NCBI GenBank assembly: GCA_963720545.1
Contig: OY970399.1
Coordinates: 320,001 to 384,000, forward strand
Source: an uncultured Acidobacteriota bacterium
GTDB taxonomy: Bacteria > Acidobacteriota > Vicinamibacteria > Fen-336
Reading direction: 5' to 3'
Length of the DNA stretch: 64,000 nucleotides
Shown here in pieces: positions 44,336 through 54,656 of the stretch; position 1 is the stretch's first letter; every line of letters starts with the position of its first letter. Below the pieces are notes generated by a model. The model was not told the origin of the DNA. It made no database searches and worked only from the letters and a program-made list of their open reading frames with translations. A program made the position numbers and the translations under genes.

Positions 44336-44701
44336 ATGATCGCCGCCGTGCGGCTCGGAACCGCGCTCGTGTGGATCGTCTTTGGCCTCGGCTTCAAGGT
44401 GTTCGACCTCGTGCCGCGGCACCGCGCCATCGTCGACGCCATCCTCGGCTCGAAGCTCGCCGCCCCGGTGACGCTTGCGATCGGGATTGGCGAGACGGGG
44501 CTCGGTATCTGGATCCTGAGCGGCCGCATGCCGCGCACCTGCGCCGCGGTGCAAACAGCGGCGATCGTGGCAATGAACGCGCTCGAACTCACACGGTCGC
44601 GCGGACTCCTGCTGGCGCCGATGCCCATGGTCTGTGCCAATGCCGTCTTTCTCGCGGCCGGCTGGTACCTGGCGCTCAACACGGCAAGGCCGGCGCGCTG
44701 A
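44336..44701 (+). CDS. DoxX-like membrane protein
   Basis: 4 TM; VW..FGL..K....PRH..IV..ILG, IG.GE...G.W.LSG, MN.LE. Confidence 0.7.
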   Translation: MIAAVRLGTALVWIVFGLGFKVFDLVPRHRAIVDAILGSKLAAPVTLAIGIGETGLGIWILSGRMPRTCAAVQTAAIVAMNALELTRSRGLLLAPMPMVCANAVFLAAGWYLALNTARPAR

Positions 44702-45462
44702 TGCTGCACCTCCTGCGGAGGCATCCGTTCCCGGTGCGAGCGTTCTTCCGGCATTCGCTGGTCCTCACCTATGCGTGTCCCCAGGAACAGCTGCAGGCGC
44801 TGCTGCCTCCGGGACTGGTGGTCGATACCTACGAGGGCAACGCGTTCCTCGCGATCGCGCTCGTCCAGACCGAGGCGCTTCGCCCCGCCGGGCTCCCCGC
44901 GGCGCTCGGCCGCAGGTTCTTTCTTTCGGGATACCGCATCTTCAGCCGCTATCGGCAGGCCGACGGCCGCGTGCTGCGCGGGCTGCGCATACTGCGCAGC
45001 GACACAGACAGCCGCATGATGACCTTGCTCGGCAACCTCCTCACCCACTACCGCTATCGGTTGTGCCGTGCCGAGGTCGAACGCACGCCCGATGCGCTCA
45101 CGGTACGCATCACCACTCCCGGCGCGGAGGCAGACCTCAGCGTGCGTGCGTCTACCATCGCGGCGACGGCGCCACCTGCCGGGTCGCCGTTTCCCGACCT
45201 CATCACCGCGCGCCGCTTTGCGGGGCCGTTGCCATTCACCTTCGACTACGAGGCGCAGACGCGGCGCATGGTAATCATCGAAGGCGTGCGCAGCGACTGG
45301 GATCCGCTTCCGGTCCCTATCGAGATATCGCGTTGCACTTTTTTCGAGCGGCTGCCGTTTGCCGGCACGGTGCCGAGGCTGGCGGCCGCGTTCCTGGTGG
45401 AGAACGTGCGTTATCGCTGGCGCCGCGGCGTCCTCGCCGCACTGCCGGAGGGCGCCGCGTGA
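44701..45462 (+). CDS. DUF2071 (YqjF-like) protein
   Basis: HPF.V.A.F..SLVLTYA, LLPPGL..D, LRP.G.P, GL.ILRSDTD, AGPLPFTF; TGATG coupling. Confidence 0.75.
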   Translation: MLHLLRRHPFPVRAFFRHSLVLTYACPQEQLQALLPPGLVVDTYEGNAFLAIALVQTEALRPAGLPAALGRRFFLSGYRIFSRYRQADGRVLRGLRILRSDTDSRMMTLLGNLLTHYRYRLCRAEVERTPDALTVRITTPGAEADLSVRASTIAATAPPAGSPFPDLITARRFAGPLPFTFDYEAQTRRMVIIEGVRSDWDPLPVPIEISRCTFFERLPFAGTVPRLAAAFLVENVRYRWRRGVLAALPEGAA

Positions 45463-46202
45463 GTGGCAGCGCCGGCCTGCACAAGATCGTCGTCTTCAAC
45501 TGGCCGTGGTTCGCTGCCGCTCTGGTGGCGGCAGCGGCGGCGGCAGCGCTACTGCGACACGGGGCGCTCGACCCGCGGCTCGCCGCGGCGGTGGCAGCGG
45601 GATTCGCTGCGGCCGGCGCCTGGTCGATCCTGTCCCTGGCGGTGTCGCATTACGTCTACGACCGCTCCCCGGTGGCGCGCGGCGAGTGGCTGGCAGGCCT
45701 CCTGCCCGACCATGGGGCGCGCATCGGAGTGTTCCACGCCGGCCAGGATGAGGCGTCGGCGGCAATCGGCCGCTTGCTTCCCCTGGCGGTCACGCAGGTG
45801 TTCGACTTCTACGACCCGGCCGTCTCCAGCACCCCGTCGCTGCGGCGTGCACGGGCCAGGAGCGCCAGGCGCGACCTGCCCGCCTCCCCGCAGCATTTGC
45901 CCCTCACGACAGGCGCCATCGATGCCGGCGTGGTCGCGTTCGCGGCTCACGAGATCCGCAGCCCCGAAGCGCGCGCCGCCTTCTTCGGCGAACTGCGCCG
46001 CGTGCTGGCGCCCGACGGCCGTGCGGTCGTCGTCGAGCACCTCCGAGACGGCTGGAATTTTCTTGCCTACGGTCCGGGTGCCCTGCACTTCTTCTCGCGC
46101 AGCACCTGGCTCCGGGCGTTTGCCGAAGGCGGACTGCGCGTCCGCGCGGAGGAGCGGTGCACCGCCTTCGTGCGGGTCTTCACGCTCGAGGCTGCGCCAT
46201 GA
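45459..46202 (+). CDS. Membrane-anchored class I SAM-dependent methyltransferase-like protein
   Basis: Two N-terminal TM, SHYVYD.S, HAG.DE, AHEIR, ELRRVLAPDG..VVVEHLRD; GTGA coupling. Confidence 0.72.
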   Translation: MSGSAGLHKIVVFNWPWFAAALVAAAAAAALLRHGALDPRLAAAVAAGFAAAGAWSILSLAVSHYVYDRSPVARGEWLAGLLPDHGARIGVFHAGQDEASAAIGRLLPLAVTQVFDFYDPAVSSTPSLRRARARSARRDLPASPQHLPLTTGAIDAGVVAFAAHEIRSPEARAAFFGELRRVLAPDGRAVVVEHLRDGWNFLAYGPGALHFFSRSTWLRAFAEGGLRVRAEERCTAFVRVFTLEAAP

Positions 46203-46621
46203 GCGACGAGTGGCTGCTGCGGACCGCCGGAGCGCTGCAGATCGCACTGGCGCTGCTGCACGCCTTCTTCCCGAAGCGCTTCGACTGGGCGGTCGAACTC
46301 GGCCGCCTGTCGCTCCTCAACCGGCAGATCTTCATCGTGCACACGGTGTTCGTCTGTTTCACGCTGCTGCTCCTGGGCTCGCTCTCGGCGTTCGCCCCGC
46401 AGGCGCTGCTGGTGCCGACGCCGCTCTCGCGGCTGGTGCTCGCCGGAATTGCGTCCTTCTGGGGACTGCGGTTCCTGGTGCAGTGGCTCTATTACGACCG
46501 AGTGTTGTGGCGCGGCCACCGCTTCAACACCGTCATGCACGGACTCTTCACCGGCGTGTGGGTGTATCTCACCGGTGTCTACACGTGGCTCTTCTGCGTG
46601 CAGACCGCCGCCGGCCGCTAG
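46199..46621 (+). CDS. Four-TM hypothetical membrane protein
   Basis: LH..FP.RF.W..EL..LSLLNRQ...VHT.F, FW..R...Q..YY...LW; ATGA coupling. Confidence 0.75.
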   Translation: MSDEWLLRTAGALQIALALLHAFFPKRFDWAVELGRLSLLNRQIFIVHTVFVCFTLLLLGSLSAFAPQALLVPTPLSRLVLAGIASFWGLRFLVQWLYYDRVLWRGHRFNTVMHGLFTGVWVYLTGVYTWLFCVQTAAGR

Positions 46622-46630
46622 GCCGAGGCG

Positions 46631-48322
46631 CTACAGGTCGTCGTAGCGCGGGCCGCCGCCGCCTTCGGGCGTGACCCAGGTGATGATCTGGTACGGGTCC
46701 ATGACGTCGCAGGTCTTGCAGTGGACGCAGTTGGAGAAGTTGATCTGCAGGCGCTGGCCCGGTGCGCCGTCCTTCGGCACCATTTCGTAGACGGCGGCCG
46801 GGCAGAAGCGTTCGCACGGGTTGCCGTACTCGGTGGTGCAGCGCGTTTCGCAGATGTTGGTGTCGGCCACGTGCAGGTGCGTCGGCTGGTCTTCCTCGTG
46901 CTTCGTCCCCGAGTGGTAGACGTCGGTGAGCCGGTCGAACGTCAGCTTGCCGTCGGGTTTCGCGCGCACGAAAGAGTCGTGGCTGGTGCCTGCGCCGTGC
47001 GCTTGCTGCAATGTCTCTATTTCGGCGTATCCCTTGCCCGGCGCCATGGGATCGACGAGGCCGCGGCCGCCGCTGAACATCTGCAGCCCGCTGTTCACGA
47101 GCCCGGGCCAGAGCCCGTGCTTGAAGCCCGCGTGGAAGTTGCGCACCTTCCAGAGTTCCTTCTTCACCCAGCTCTGTTCCACTTTGGCCGCGAAGGCCGA
47201 GAGCTTCGCTGCCGACGTGTCCGCGGCGACGAGCGCCTCGAGCGCCGTTTCCGCGGCGAGCATGCCGGTCTTGAGGCCGAGATGGATCCCCTTGAGGCGC
47301 ATGCCGTTGAGGAAGCCGGCAGCCTCCCCAGCGATCAGCAGGCCATCGGCATAGGGTCGCGGCACGCTGTACCAGCCGCCCTCGCTGATGGTGCGCGCGC
47401 CGTAGCGCACCATGGTGCCGCCCTCGAGCAGCGGCTTGACCAGCGGATGCTCCTTGAACTTGCCGAACAGCCCATGCGGATCGACGAACGGATCGCGGTA
47501 GTCGAGGCCGGCGACCAGGCCCACGGAAATGCGCGTCTCGGTGAGCCCGTAGATGAAACCGCCGCCGAAGGTGTGGTTGTCGAGCGGCGCGCCCAGCGTG
47601 TGCAGCACGGCACCCCTGGCGAGCCGGCCCGCGGGCACTTCCCACAGCTCCTTCACGGCGATCGCGTAGACCTGCGGCTGCTTGCCGGCGTCGAGCTTGA
47701 GCTTCGACACGACCGTCTTGGTCAGGCTGCCGCGCGCGCCTTCGGCCAGGATCGTCACCTTCGCGCGCAGGTCGACACCCGCCTCGAAGTTCGCCTTGCG
47801 CTTGCCGTGCTTGTCGATGCCCTTGTCGCCGGTGCGCACGCCGACCACGCGCTCGCCCTCGTAGAGCAGCTCCGCCGCCGGGAAGCCGGGCAGCATGTCG
47901 ATGCCCATGGCTTCAGCCTGCGCCGCCAGCCACTTCACCAGCTGGTTGAGGCTGATGACGTAGTTGCCGTGGTTCTGCAGCGGCGGTGGCACGATCGGCA
48001 GCCGGATCCTGCCGCTGCCGGTGAGGAAGTAGACATGATCCTCGCTGACCTCGGTCGCGACCGGCGCACCCTTTTCCTTGAAGTCGGGAATGAGCTCGAG
48101 GAGCGCCCGCGGGTCGAGGATCGCTCCCGATATGTTGTGCGCGCCAAACTCGGCGGCCTTCTCCACCACCATGACGGCGGCTTCGAGTTTGGTGCCGGCG
48201 GTCTTGTTGTGCTCGTCGAGCTGCTGCTTGAAGCGGATGGCCGCGCCGAGACCGGCGGGCCCGCCGCCGACGATCAGGACATCGGTCTCGAGTACGTCGC
48301 GCGCGCTTTCCGTGTCACCCAT
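46631..48322 (-). CDS. Electron transfer flavoprotein-ubiquinone oxidoreductase
   Basis: GGGPAG FAD motif, HNISGA, KGIH, HEEDQP.HL, FCPAAVYE, NCVHCKTCD 4Fe-4S. Confidence 0.95.
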   Translation of the reverse strand: MGDTESARDVLETDVLIVGGGPAGLGAAIRFKQQLDEHNKTAGTKLEAAVMVVEKAAEFGAHNISGAILDPRALLELIPDFKEKGAPVATEVSEDHVYFLTGSGRIRLPIVPPPLQNHGNYVISLNQLVKWLAAQAEAMGIDMLPGFPAAELLYEGERVVGVRTGDKGIDKHGKRKANFEAGVDLRAKVTILAEGARGSLTKTVVSKLKLDAGKQPQVYAIAVKELWEVPAGRLARGAVLHTLGAPLDNHTFGGGFIYGLTETRISVGLVAGLDYRDPFVDPHGLFGKFKEHPLVKPLLEGGTMVRYGARTISEGGWYSVPRPYADGLLIAGEAAGFLNGMRLKGIHLGLKTGMLAAETALEALVAADTSAAKLSAFAAKVEQSWVKKELWKVRNFHAGFKHGLWPGLVNSGLQMFSGGRGLVDPMAPGKGYAEIETLQQAHGAGTSHDSFVRAKPDGKLTFDRLTDVYHSGTKHEEDQPTHLHVADTNICETRCTTEYGNPCERFCPAAVYEMVPKDGAPGQRLQINFSNCVHCKTCDVMDPYQIITWVTPEGGGGPRYDDL

Positions 48323-48344
48323 CGCTATCGCGGCTCATGCCGCT

Positions 48345-49325
48345 TCAGTGCTTTCCGGCGAAGTGCGCTTTGGCTGCTTCGGTGAGCTTCGGGGCGATCT
48401 CGAACACGTCGCCGACGATGCCGTAATCGGCCACCTTGAAGATCGGCGCATCGGCATCCTTGTTGACGGCAACGATCACTTTCGACGACGACATTCCGGC
48501 GAGGTGCTGGATGGCACCGCTGATGCCGAGCGCGATGTAAAGGTTGGGCGAGACGGTCTTGCCCGTCTGGCCGACCTGGTAGTGATGGTCGATCCAGCCG
48601 GCGTCGACCACGGCGCGCGAGGCGCCCACGGCGGCGCCAAACGCCTCGGCAAGTTTCTCGACGAGCGGGAAGTTCTCGGGTCCCTTGAGGCCGCGGCCGC
48701 CGGAGACGATGGTCTGCGCTTCGGTCAGTTCGATCTTGCCGGCGCCGCCCATCTTCGTCTCGACCACCCGGGCGCGCGCCGCCGCGTCCACGGCCGCCGA
48801 CTTCACTTCGGCCTGGCGCGCGGCGTCCTTCGCGCCGAGGGCGAAGACGTTGGCGCGCAGTGTCGCGATCTGCGGAGCGCCGGTCCATTCGACGGTTGCA
48901 TAAGCCTTGCCGGCATACATGGGGCGGCGCGCCACGAGGCTGCCGTCCTTGATGCTGATCGAGACGCAGTCGGAGGCGAGTCCGGCCCCCTGCTTCGCCG
49001 CGAGGCGCGGCGCCAGGTCCTTGCCCTGCGCCGTGAAGGCAATCAGCACCGCCGTGGCGGAAGTCGCCGCGATCACGGCGGCGAGGGCCTTCGCGTGCAC
49101 TTCGGTTGCATATGCCGCGAGTGCCGGGTCCTCGAAGACGTGCACCTCATCGGCGCCGTAGGCGCCAAGTTCCGTCGCCAGGCTCGCGACGGAGGCGCCG
49201 ACCAGCGCGGCCGCGACGCGGCCGCCGCTGCCGTCCGCCAGCCGGCGCGCTTCGCTCAGCGTTTCGAGCGAGGCGCGTCGCAGCCTGGCGTCGTGATGTT
49301 CGGCGTAGACGACGATCGTGCCCAT
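48345..49325 (-). CDS. etfA: Electron transfer flavoprotein alpha subunit
   Basis: [35 protein letters not shown]. Confidence 0.96.
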   Translation of the reverse strand: MGTIVVYAEHHDARLRRASLETLSEARRLADGSGGRVAAALVGASVASLATELGAYGADEVHVFEDPALAAYATEVHAKALAAVIAATSATAVLIAFTAQGKDLAPRLAAKQGAGLASDCVSISIKDGSLVARRPMYAGKAYATVEWTGAPQIATLRANVFALGAKDAARQAEVKSAAVDAAARARVVETKMGGAGKIELTEAQTIVSGGRGLKGPENFPLVEKLAEAFGAAVGASRAVVDAGWIDHHYQVGQTGKTVSPNLYIALGISGAIQHLAGMSSSKVIVAVNKDADAPIFKVADYGIVGDVFEIAPKLTEAAKAHFAGKH

Positions 49326-49327
49326 GC

Positions 49328-50098
49328 CTAGATCACCTTCGCTTCTTCATGCAGCAGGCGCAGCAGTTCCTTCACCTGCACGTCGGCGTCGCCGGCGATC
49401 ATCTTCACGGCGCCGCGCACCGGCGGCAGTGCCAGCGCGGTGACGCGCGTGTGCGGCTGCAGGTCCGCCTCGGCGAGGCCGAGTGCCGCGGCATCCCAGC
49501 TCTCGATCGTCTTCTTCTTCGCCGCCATGATGCCCTTGAGGCTCGCGTAGCGCGGTTCGTTCAGGCCCTTCTGCGCCGAAACGACCGCGGGCAGGCTGGT
49601 TTCCCACACCTCCACGCCGCCCTCCACCTCGCGCTCGGCCTTCGCCGCGCCCTCGCTAATCTCGAGCTTCACCACGGTCGTGACCTGCGGCAGGTCGAGG
49701 AGTTCCGCGAGCAGGCCGGGCATCTGGCTATTGTCCCCGCCAACGCCTTGCTGCCCGGTCAGGATCAGGTCGTACGCGCCGATCCTGCGGATCGCGGCGG
49801 CGAGGGCGCGTGCCGCCGCCAGCGTGTCGCTCGTCTCGGCCTTCACGTGGACCGCGGAGTCGGCGCCCATGGCGAGGCCGGTGCGCAGCGCCGTTTGCAC
49901 GCGGTCGGCGCCGAGCGACAGCAACACGACTTCGCCGCCCTTTGCTTCGCGCAGGCGCAGCGCCTCCTCGATCGCGAACTCGTCGTAGGGCGAGACCACC
50001 CAGTTGATTTCCGATTCCACGATCGCGGCACCGTCGGGCGCGATGCGCACCCGCGTTTCCGTGTCCGGAACCTGCTTGACGCAGACGAGGATCTTCAT
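49328..50098 (-). CDS. etfB: Electron transfer flavoprotein beta subunit
   Basis: VCVKQVPD, PYDEFAIEEA, LAMGAD, NEPRYASL.GIM.AKKK. Confidence 0.96.
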   Translation of the reverse strand: MKILVCVKQVPDTETRVRIAPDGAAIVESEINWVVSPYDEFAIEEALRLREAKGGEVVLLSLGADRVQTALRTGLAMGADSAVHVKAETSDTLAAARALAAAIRRIGAYDLILTGQQGVGGDNSQMPGLLAELLDLPQVTTVVKLEISEGAAKAEREVEGGVEVWETSLPAVVSAQKGLNEPRYASLKGIMAAKKKTIESWDAAALGLAEADLQPHTRVTALALPPVRGAVKMIAGDADVQVKELLRLLHEEAKVI

Positions 50099-50117
50099 TG
50101 CTTGGCGGAATCCTTGC

Positions 50118-51365
50118 TCAGGCCGCGTGCCGCTTCATGATGAGCGCGGCGTTGGTGCCGCCGAAGCCGAACGAGTTGGACAGCGCGTACTCCACCTGCA
50201 CCTTGCGGGCCTGGTTGGGAATGCAGTCGAGGTCGCACGCGAGATCCTGGTTTTCGAGGTTGATCGTCGGCGGCAGGATGCCGTGGTGCAGTGCCAGCGC
50301 GGTAAATGCCGCCTCGGCGCCGCCGGCCGCGCCCAGCAGGTGCCCGGTCATCGACTTGGTCGAACTGATCGCGAGCTTGCGCGCATGCGCGCCGAACACG
50401 GCCTTCGCCGAAAGGATCTCGATGGGGTCGCCCGACGGCGTCGAGGTGCCGTGCGCGTTGATGTATTCGATCTGCTCCGGCGCCACCCCGGCGTCCTTGA
50501 GGGCCGCCTTCATCACGCGAATGATGCCATCGCCGTTCTCGGCGGGCGTCGAAATGTGGAAGGCGTCGCTGCTCATGCCATAGCCGATCATTTCGGCGTA
50601 GATGCGGGCGCCGCGCGCCAGGGCGCGTTCGCGCTCCTCGAGGATGACGATGCCGGCGCCCTCGCCCATGACGAAGCCGTCGCGGTCGCGATCGAAGGGC
50701 CGCGAGGCTTTCTCGGGCGCGTCGTTGCGGGTGGACACGGCGCGCATCGAGCAAAAGCCGCCGAGGCCGAGCGCGGTGATGGCGGCCTCGCTGCCGCCGG
50801 CGATCATCACCTCGGCTTCGCCGCGCTGGATGATCCGCAGCGAATCGCCGATGGCGTGGCCGCTGGTGGCGCAGGCGGTGGCGGTCGCGGAGTTCGGACC
50901 CTTGGCGCCGGTGCGGATCGACACCCAGCCTGAGGCCAGGTTGATGATGGCGGCCGGGATGAAGAACGGGCTGATGCGCCGCGGCCCGCTCTTCAGCATG
51001 GTCTCGTGCTCGCGCTCGATGGTGGCGAACCCGCCGATGCCGCTGCCAATGTAGACGCCGATCTTCTCGGCATCCTCGCCGGAGATCGTGAGCTGCGCGT
51101 CCTTGGTGGCAAAGTCGGCCGCCGCCACCGCGAACTGGATGAAGCGGTCCATCTTCTTGACGTCTTTCTTGTCGACCCAGTTGAGCGGGTCGAATCCCTT
51201 CACCTCACAGGCGAAATGCGCGGTGTGCTGGGAGGCATCGAAGAGGGTGATGGGCCCGGCGCCGGAACGGCCTGAAACGATGCCTTCCCAGCTGGGGCCG
51301 TTGCCGATGCCCAACGGTGTCACGAGCCCGATGCCCGTGACGACGACGCGGCGCTTCTCCAGCAA
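50118..51365 (-). CDS. fabF: Beta-ketoacyl-ACP synthase II
   Basis: [53 protein letters not shown]. Confidence 0.97.
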   Translation of the reverse strand: MLEKRRVVVTGIGLVTPLGIGNGPSWEGIVSGRSGAGPITLFDASQHTAHFACEVKGFDPLNWVDKKDVKKMDRFIQFAVAAADFATKDAQLTISGEDAEKIGVYIGSGIGGFATIEREHETMLKSGPRRISPFFIPAAIINLASGWVSIRTGAKGPNSATATACATSGHAIGDSLRIIQRGEAEVMIAGGSEAAITALGLGGFCSMRAVSTRNDAPEKASRPFDRDRDGFVMGEGAGIVILEERERALARGARIYAEMIGYGMSSDAFHISTPAENGDGIIRVMKAALKDAGVAPEQIEYINAHGTSTPSGDPIEILSAKAVFGAHARKLAISSTKSMTGHLLGAAGGAEAAFTALALHHGILPPTINLENQDLACDLDCIPNQARKVQVEYALSNSFGFGGTNAALIMKRHAA

Positions 51366-51371
51366 GACTCC

Positions 51372-51611
51372 CTACTTCTTGGAGTGCTTCTGGATGTAGT
51401 CGACGGCTTCCTTGACCTTCGTGATCTTCTCGGCGTCCTCGTCCGGGATCTCGATCCCGAATTCTTCCTCGAGGGCCATGACGAGTTCGACGGTGTCGAG
51501 GCTGTCGGCTCCCAGATCGTCGACGAACGAGGCATCCGGGGTCACCAGGTCCTCCTCGACCCCGAGCTGGTCCACGATGATCTTCTTTACCCGACCTTCA
51601 ACAGGCTCCAT
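51372..51611 (-). CDS. acpP: Acyl carrier protein
   Basis: [29 protein letters not shown]. Confidence 0.98.
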   Translation of the reverse strand: MEPVEGRVKKIIVDQLGVEEDLVTPDASFVDDLGADSLDTVELVMALEEEFGIEIPDEDAEKITKVKEAVDYIQKHSKK

Positions 51612-51695
51612 CCGTCCTCCTTGAGGCGCGTCGTCAAACTGTCAGCAAAGCTCTCGAATGTGTTTACATTCTAGCGAAAAGCCGCGGCCAAAGAA

Positions 51696-52421
51696 CTACA
51701 TGTGGAAGCCGCCATCGACGGCCAGGACCTGGCCGGTGATGTAGGCGGCGGCGTCCGAAAGCAGGAAAAGCACAGCGCCGGCAAGGTCTTCCGGCGTGCC
51801 GGTGCGGCCCATGGGAATGGCCGCGGCGAGACCTTCCCGGGCCTTGTCGGTCATGGCCGCGGTCATGTCGGTCTCGATGAATCCAGGGGCGACGGCGTTC
51901 ACCGTGATGGCGCGCGACGCGACCTCGCGGGCGATCGACTTGGTGAAGCCGACGACCCCCGCCTTGCTGGCGGCGTAGTTGGCCTGACCCGCGTTGCCGG
52001 CGAGACCGACGACCGAGGTCACGTTGACGATGCGGCCGCTGCGCTGCTTCAGCATCGGCTTCAGTACCGCCTGGGTGCAGAGAAAGACGCCGGTCAGGTT
52101 GGTCGCGATCACGGAGTCCCATTCGTCCTGCTTCATCCGCAGCAGCAGGTTGTCGCGCGTGATGCCGGCGTTGTTCACCAGTCCGTCGACGCGGCCCGCG
52201 GCAGCGAGCACTTGTGCGACGCCCGCCTCGACCGAAGCGCGGCTCGCGACGTCAAGAGCGAGGGCGTCGGCCTTGCCGCCCTGGCCGCGGATGGCGCCAA
52301 CCACTGCCTCGAGCTTCCCCGCATCCCTGGCCGCGGCGAACACGTGGTCGCCGCGCGCGGCGAGCGCCACTGCCAGCGCCTTGCCAATGCCCCGCGACGC
52401 GCCCGTGACTATGACGATCAT
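51696..52421 (-). CDS. fabG: 3-oxoacyl-ACP reductase
   Basis: TGASRGIG, NNAGITRD, YAASK, VAPGFIETDMT. Confidence 0.96.
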   Translation of the reverse strand: MIVIVTGASRGIGKALAVALAARGDHVFAAARDAGKLEAVVGAIRGQGGKADALALDVASRASVEAGVAQVLAAAGRVDGLVNNAGITRDNLLLRMKQDEWDSVIATNLTGVFLCTQAVLKPMLKQRSGRIVNVTSVVGLAGNAGQANYAASKAGVVGFTKSIAREVASRAITVNAVAPGFIETDMTAAMTDKAREGLAAAIPMGRTGTPEDLAGAVLFLLSDAAAYITGQVLAVDGGFHM

Positions 52422-53365
52422 TGCGAGGCTCCCTGGGTGGCCAGCGCGGTGACGGCGGCTTCGGCCGAGGCGGCGTCGTGCACGTTCATGAGCACGGCGT
52501 CGGGCACGATCTTCTTCACGAGGCCCGTGAGCACCGAACCTTGCCCCAATTCCACGAACCGGCTGACGCCTTCGCCGGCGAGCGTTTCGACGACAGCGGT
52601 CCACAGCACCGGCGCCGACACCTGGCGCACCAGGTTGTCGCGGCACTCCGGGCCGCTGCGCGAGACCCGACCCGCGACGTTGTTGACGAGCGGAAAGCGC
52701 GGATCCGCGAAGGCGAGCGCCGCGAGGTCGGACGCGAGCCGCTCCTGCGCCGGCATCATCAGCGCACAGTGGAACGGCGCCGAGACCGGCAACTTGATGG
52801 CGCGCCGCGCGCCCGCCGCCTTGCACGCCGCGATGGCACGGTCGACCGCATCCGCATGGCCTGCGATCACCACCTGGCCGGGCGCGTTGACGTTCGCTTC
52901 CGACACGACCTGCCCCTGCGCCGCTTCGAGGCACGCCGAGCGGACCGCTTCGCTCGCGAGGCCGAGGATGGCAGCCATGGCGCCGGCACCCACCGGCACC
53001 GCCTCCTGCATGTACGTGCCGCGCCGGCGAACCAGCGACACGGCGTCGCGCAGAGAGAGCGAGCCGGCGGCGACGAGTGCCGAGTACTCGCCAAGGCTGT
53101 GCCCGGCCACGTAGTCGGGGGCGATGCCCTGCGCCTCGAGCACGCGCCAGGCCGCCACGCTCGTCGTGAGGATGGCCGGCTGGGTGTTGGCGGTGAGCGC
53201 CAGGTCCGCTTCTGGTCCGTCGAAGCAAAGTGCCGAGAGCGAGAACCCGAGTGCCGCATCGGCCTCTGCAAAGGCTGCCTTCGCGGCCGCGTTGCTCGCG
53301 GCGAGCGAGCGCCCCATCCCGACCTTCTGCGAGCCCTGCCCCGGGAACAGGAAAGCGGTCTTCAT
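52418..53365 (-). CDS. fabD: Malonyl-CoA:ACP transacylase
   Basis: FPGQGSQ, TQPA, GHSLGEY, VSAPFH. Confidence 0.97.
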   Translation of the reverse strand: MKTAFLFPGQGSQKVGMGRSLAASNAAAKAAFAEADAALGFSLSALCFDGPEADLALTANTQPAILTTSVAAWRVLEAQGIAPDYVAGHSLGEYSALVAAGSLSLRDAVSLVRRRGTYMQEAVPVGAGAMAAILGLASEAVRSACLEAAQGQVVSEANVNAPGQVVIAGHADAVDRAIAACKAAGARRAIKLPVSAPFHCALMMPAQERLASDLAALAFADPRFPLVNNVAGRVSRSGPECRDNLVRQVSAPVLWTAVVETLAGEGVSRFVELGQGSVLTGLVKKIVPDAVLMNVHDAASAEAAVTALATQGASQ

Positions 53366-54402
53366 CACGCGGAGGTCTCGCGGCGCGAGCCCAGAGCCTT
53401 CAGCTCGGTCGCGATCTTGCCGTTGACGCCGCCGCGCGCGAAGTTCGCCGCGGCGCGGATGCCATTGCGCACCGCATACGCCTTCGAGCTGCCGTGGCCG
53501 ATGACCACATAGCCGTTGATGCCGACGAGCGGTGCGCCGCCGTACTCCGCGGGGTTGGTGCGCTTGCGCAGGTCGCGGAAAGCGCCTTGCGACAGCGCCG
53601 CGCCCAGCTTGCGGATCGGCGTCTTCATCAACTCGTCGCGCACCGCGCCGAGCAGCGCCGCGGCGAGCGCCTCGCAGGCCTTGAGCGCGACGTTGCCGGT
53701 GAAGCCGTCGGTGACGATCACGTCCACCTTGCCGGAGAACAGGTCGCTGCCTTCGACGTTGCCGATGAAGTTGAGGCTCGAGGCGCGCAGCACCTCGTGC
53801 ACCTCGCGGGTGAGGTTGTCGCCCTTGCCTTCCTCCTCGCCCATGCTCAGCAAGCCCACGCGCGGCTTGGCGATGCCGAAGATGCAGCGCGTGAACACCT
53901 CGCCCATCACGGCGAACTCCTCGAGGTTGCGCGCGTCGCACTCGGCGTTGGCGCCGACGTCGAGCAACACGGTCTGCACGTTGGCGGCGGCCGAGGGGAT
54001 GATCGCGGCGAGCGCCGGCCGGTCCACCTCCTCCATGCTGCCGTGCACCAGCTTGGCGATGGTCCAGCAGGCGGCGGTGTTGCCGGCGGAAAAGAACGCG
54101 TCGGCACCACCCGACTGCGCCAGCTCCATCGCGACCGAGATCGAGGACCGCTTCTTCAGCGTCTGGCGGCTGACCTTCTCGGCCATGTCCACGACTTCGG
54201 GCGCGTCGACCACTGCCAGTTCGCCCGGCTTCGCGCCGAGCCGCTTCAGTTCGGCCTCGACCGTCTGCTGCGGTCCGACGAGCGCTATCTCGACGCCGAG
54301 CTCACGGTGCGCGGCGAGCGCCCCTTCCACGGCCGCGGCCGGGGCAAGGTCTCCCCCCATGGCGTCGACGGCTACGCGGACTCCGTCCCGGGGGCTGTTC
54401 AT
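53365..54402 (-). CDS. plsX: Phosphate acyltransferase
   Basis: VDAMGGD.AP, SAGNT, RPAL, LDVGAN, GNVEG, DGFTGNVALK, GHGSS. Confidence 0.95.
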   Translation of the reverse strand: MNSPRDGVRVAVDAMGGDLAPAAAVEGALAAHRELGVEIALVGPQQTVEAELKRLGAKPGELAVVDAPEVVDMAEKVSRQTLKKRSSISVAMELAQSGGADAFFSAGNTAACWTIAKLVHGSMEEVDRPALAAIIPSAAANVQTVLLDVGANAECDARNLEEFAVMGEVFTRCIFGIAKPRVGLLSMGEEEGKGDNLTREVHEVLRASSLNFIGNVEGSDLFSGKVDVIVTDGFTGNVALKACEALAAALLGAVRDELMKTPIRKLGAALSQGAFRDLRKRTNPAEYGGAPLVGINGYVVIGHGSSKAYAVRNGIRAAANFARGGVNGKIATELKALGSRRETSA

Positions 54403-54426
54403 CGTCTGAAACGGCGGCTGAGGGGG

Positions 54427-54609
54427 CTAGACCTTCTCGACAGCGTAGACCGGGCGGCCCTTGTAGTAGCCGCAGTGCGGGCAAACGCGGTGTGGGAGCC
54501 TCGGCTCATGACAGTTGGGGCAATCGCTCTTGGCGGGAGCCGAGAGGTGGTCGTGGGCCCGGCGCTTGTCGCGGCGTGCTTTGGAGTGGCGTCGCTTGGG
54601 ATTCGGCAT
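54427..54609 (-). CDS. rpmF: 50S ribosomal protein L32
   Basis: [34 protein letters not shown]. Confidence 0.97.
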   Translation of the reverse strand: MPNPKRRHSKARRDKRRAHDHLSAPAKSDCPNCHEPRLPHRVCPHCGYYKGRPVYAVEKV

Positions 54610-54656
54610 AACCGGCGGATTTTAGCCTCCCGGCGAGCCGTTTCCAACTCCGGACC

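Noticed and set aside
52422..53941. Apparent long N-terminal extensions or fusions on fabG and fabD ORFs (likewise holA, leuS, lptE)
   Set aside because: Out-of-frame read-through of upstream genes; true starts are at coupled junctions
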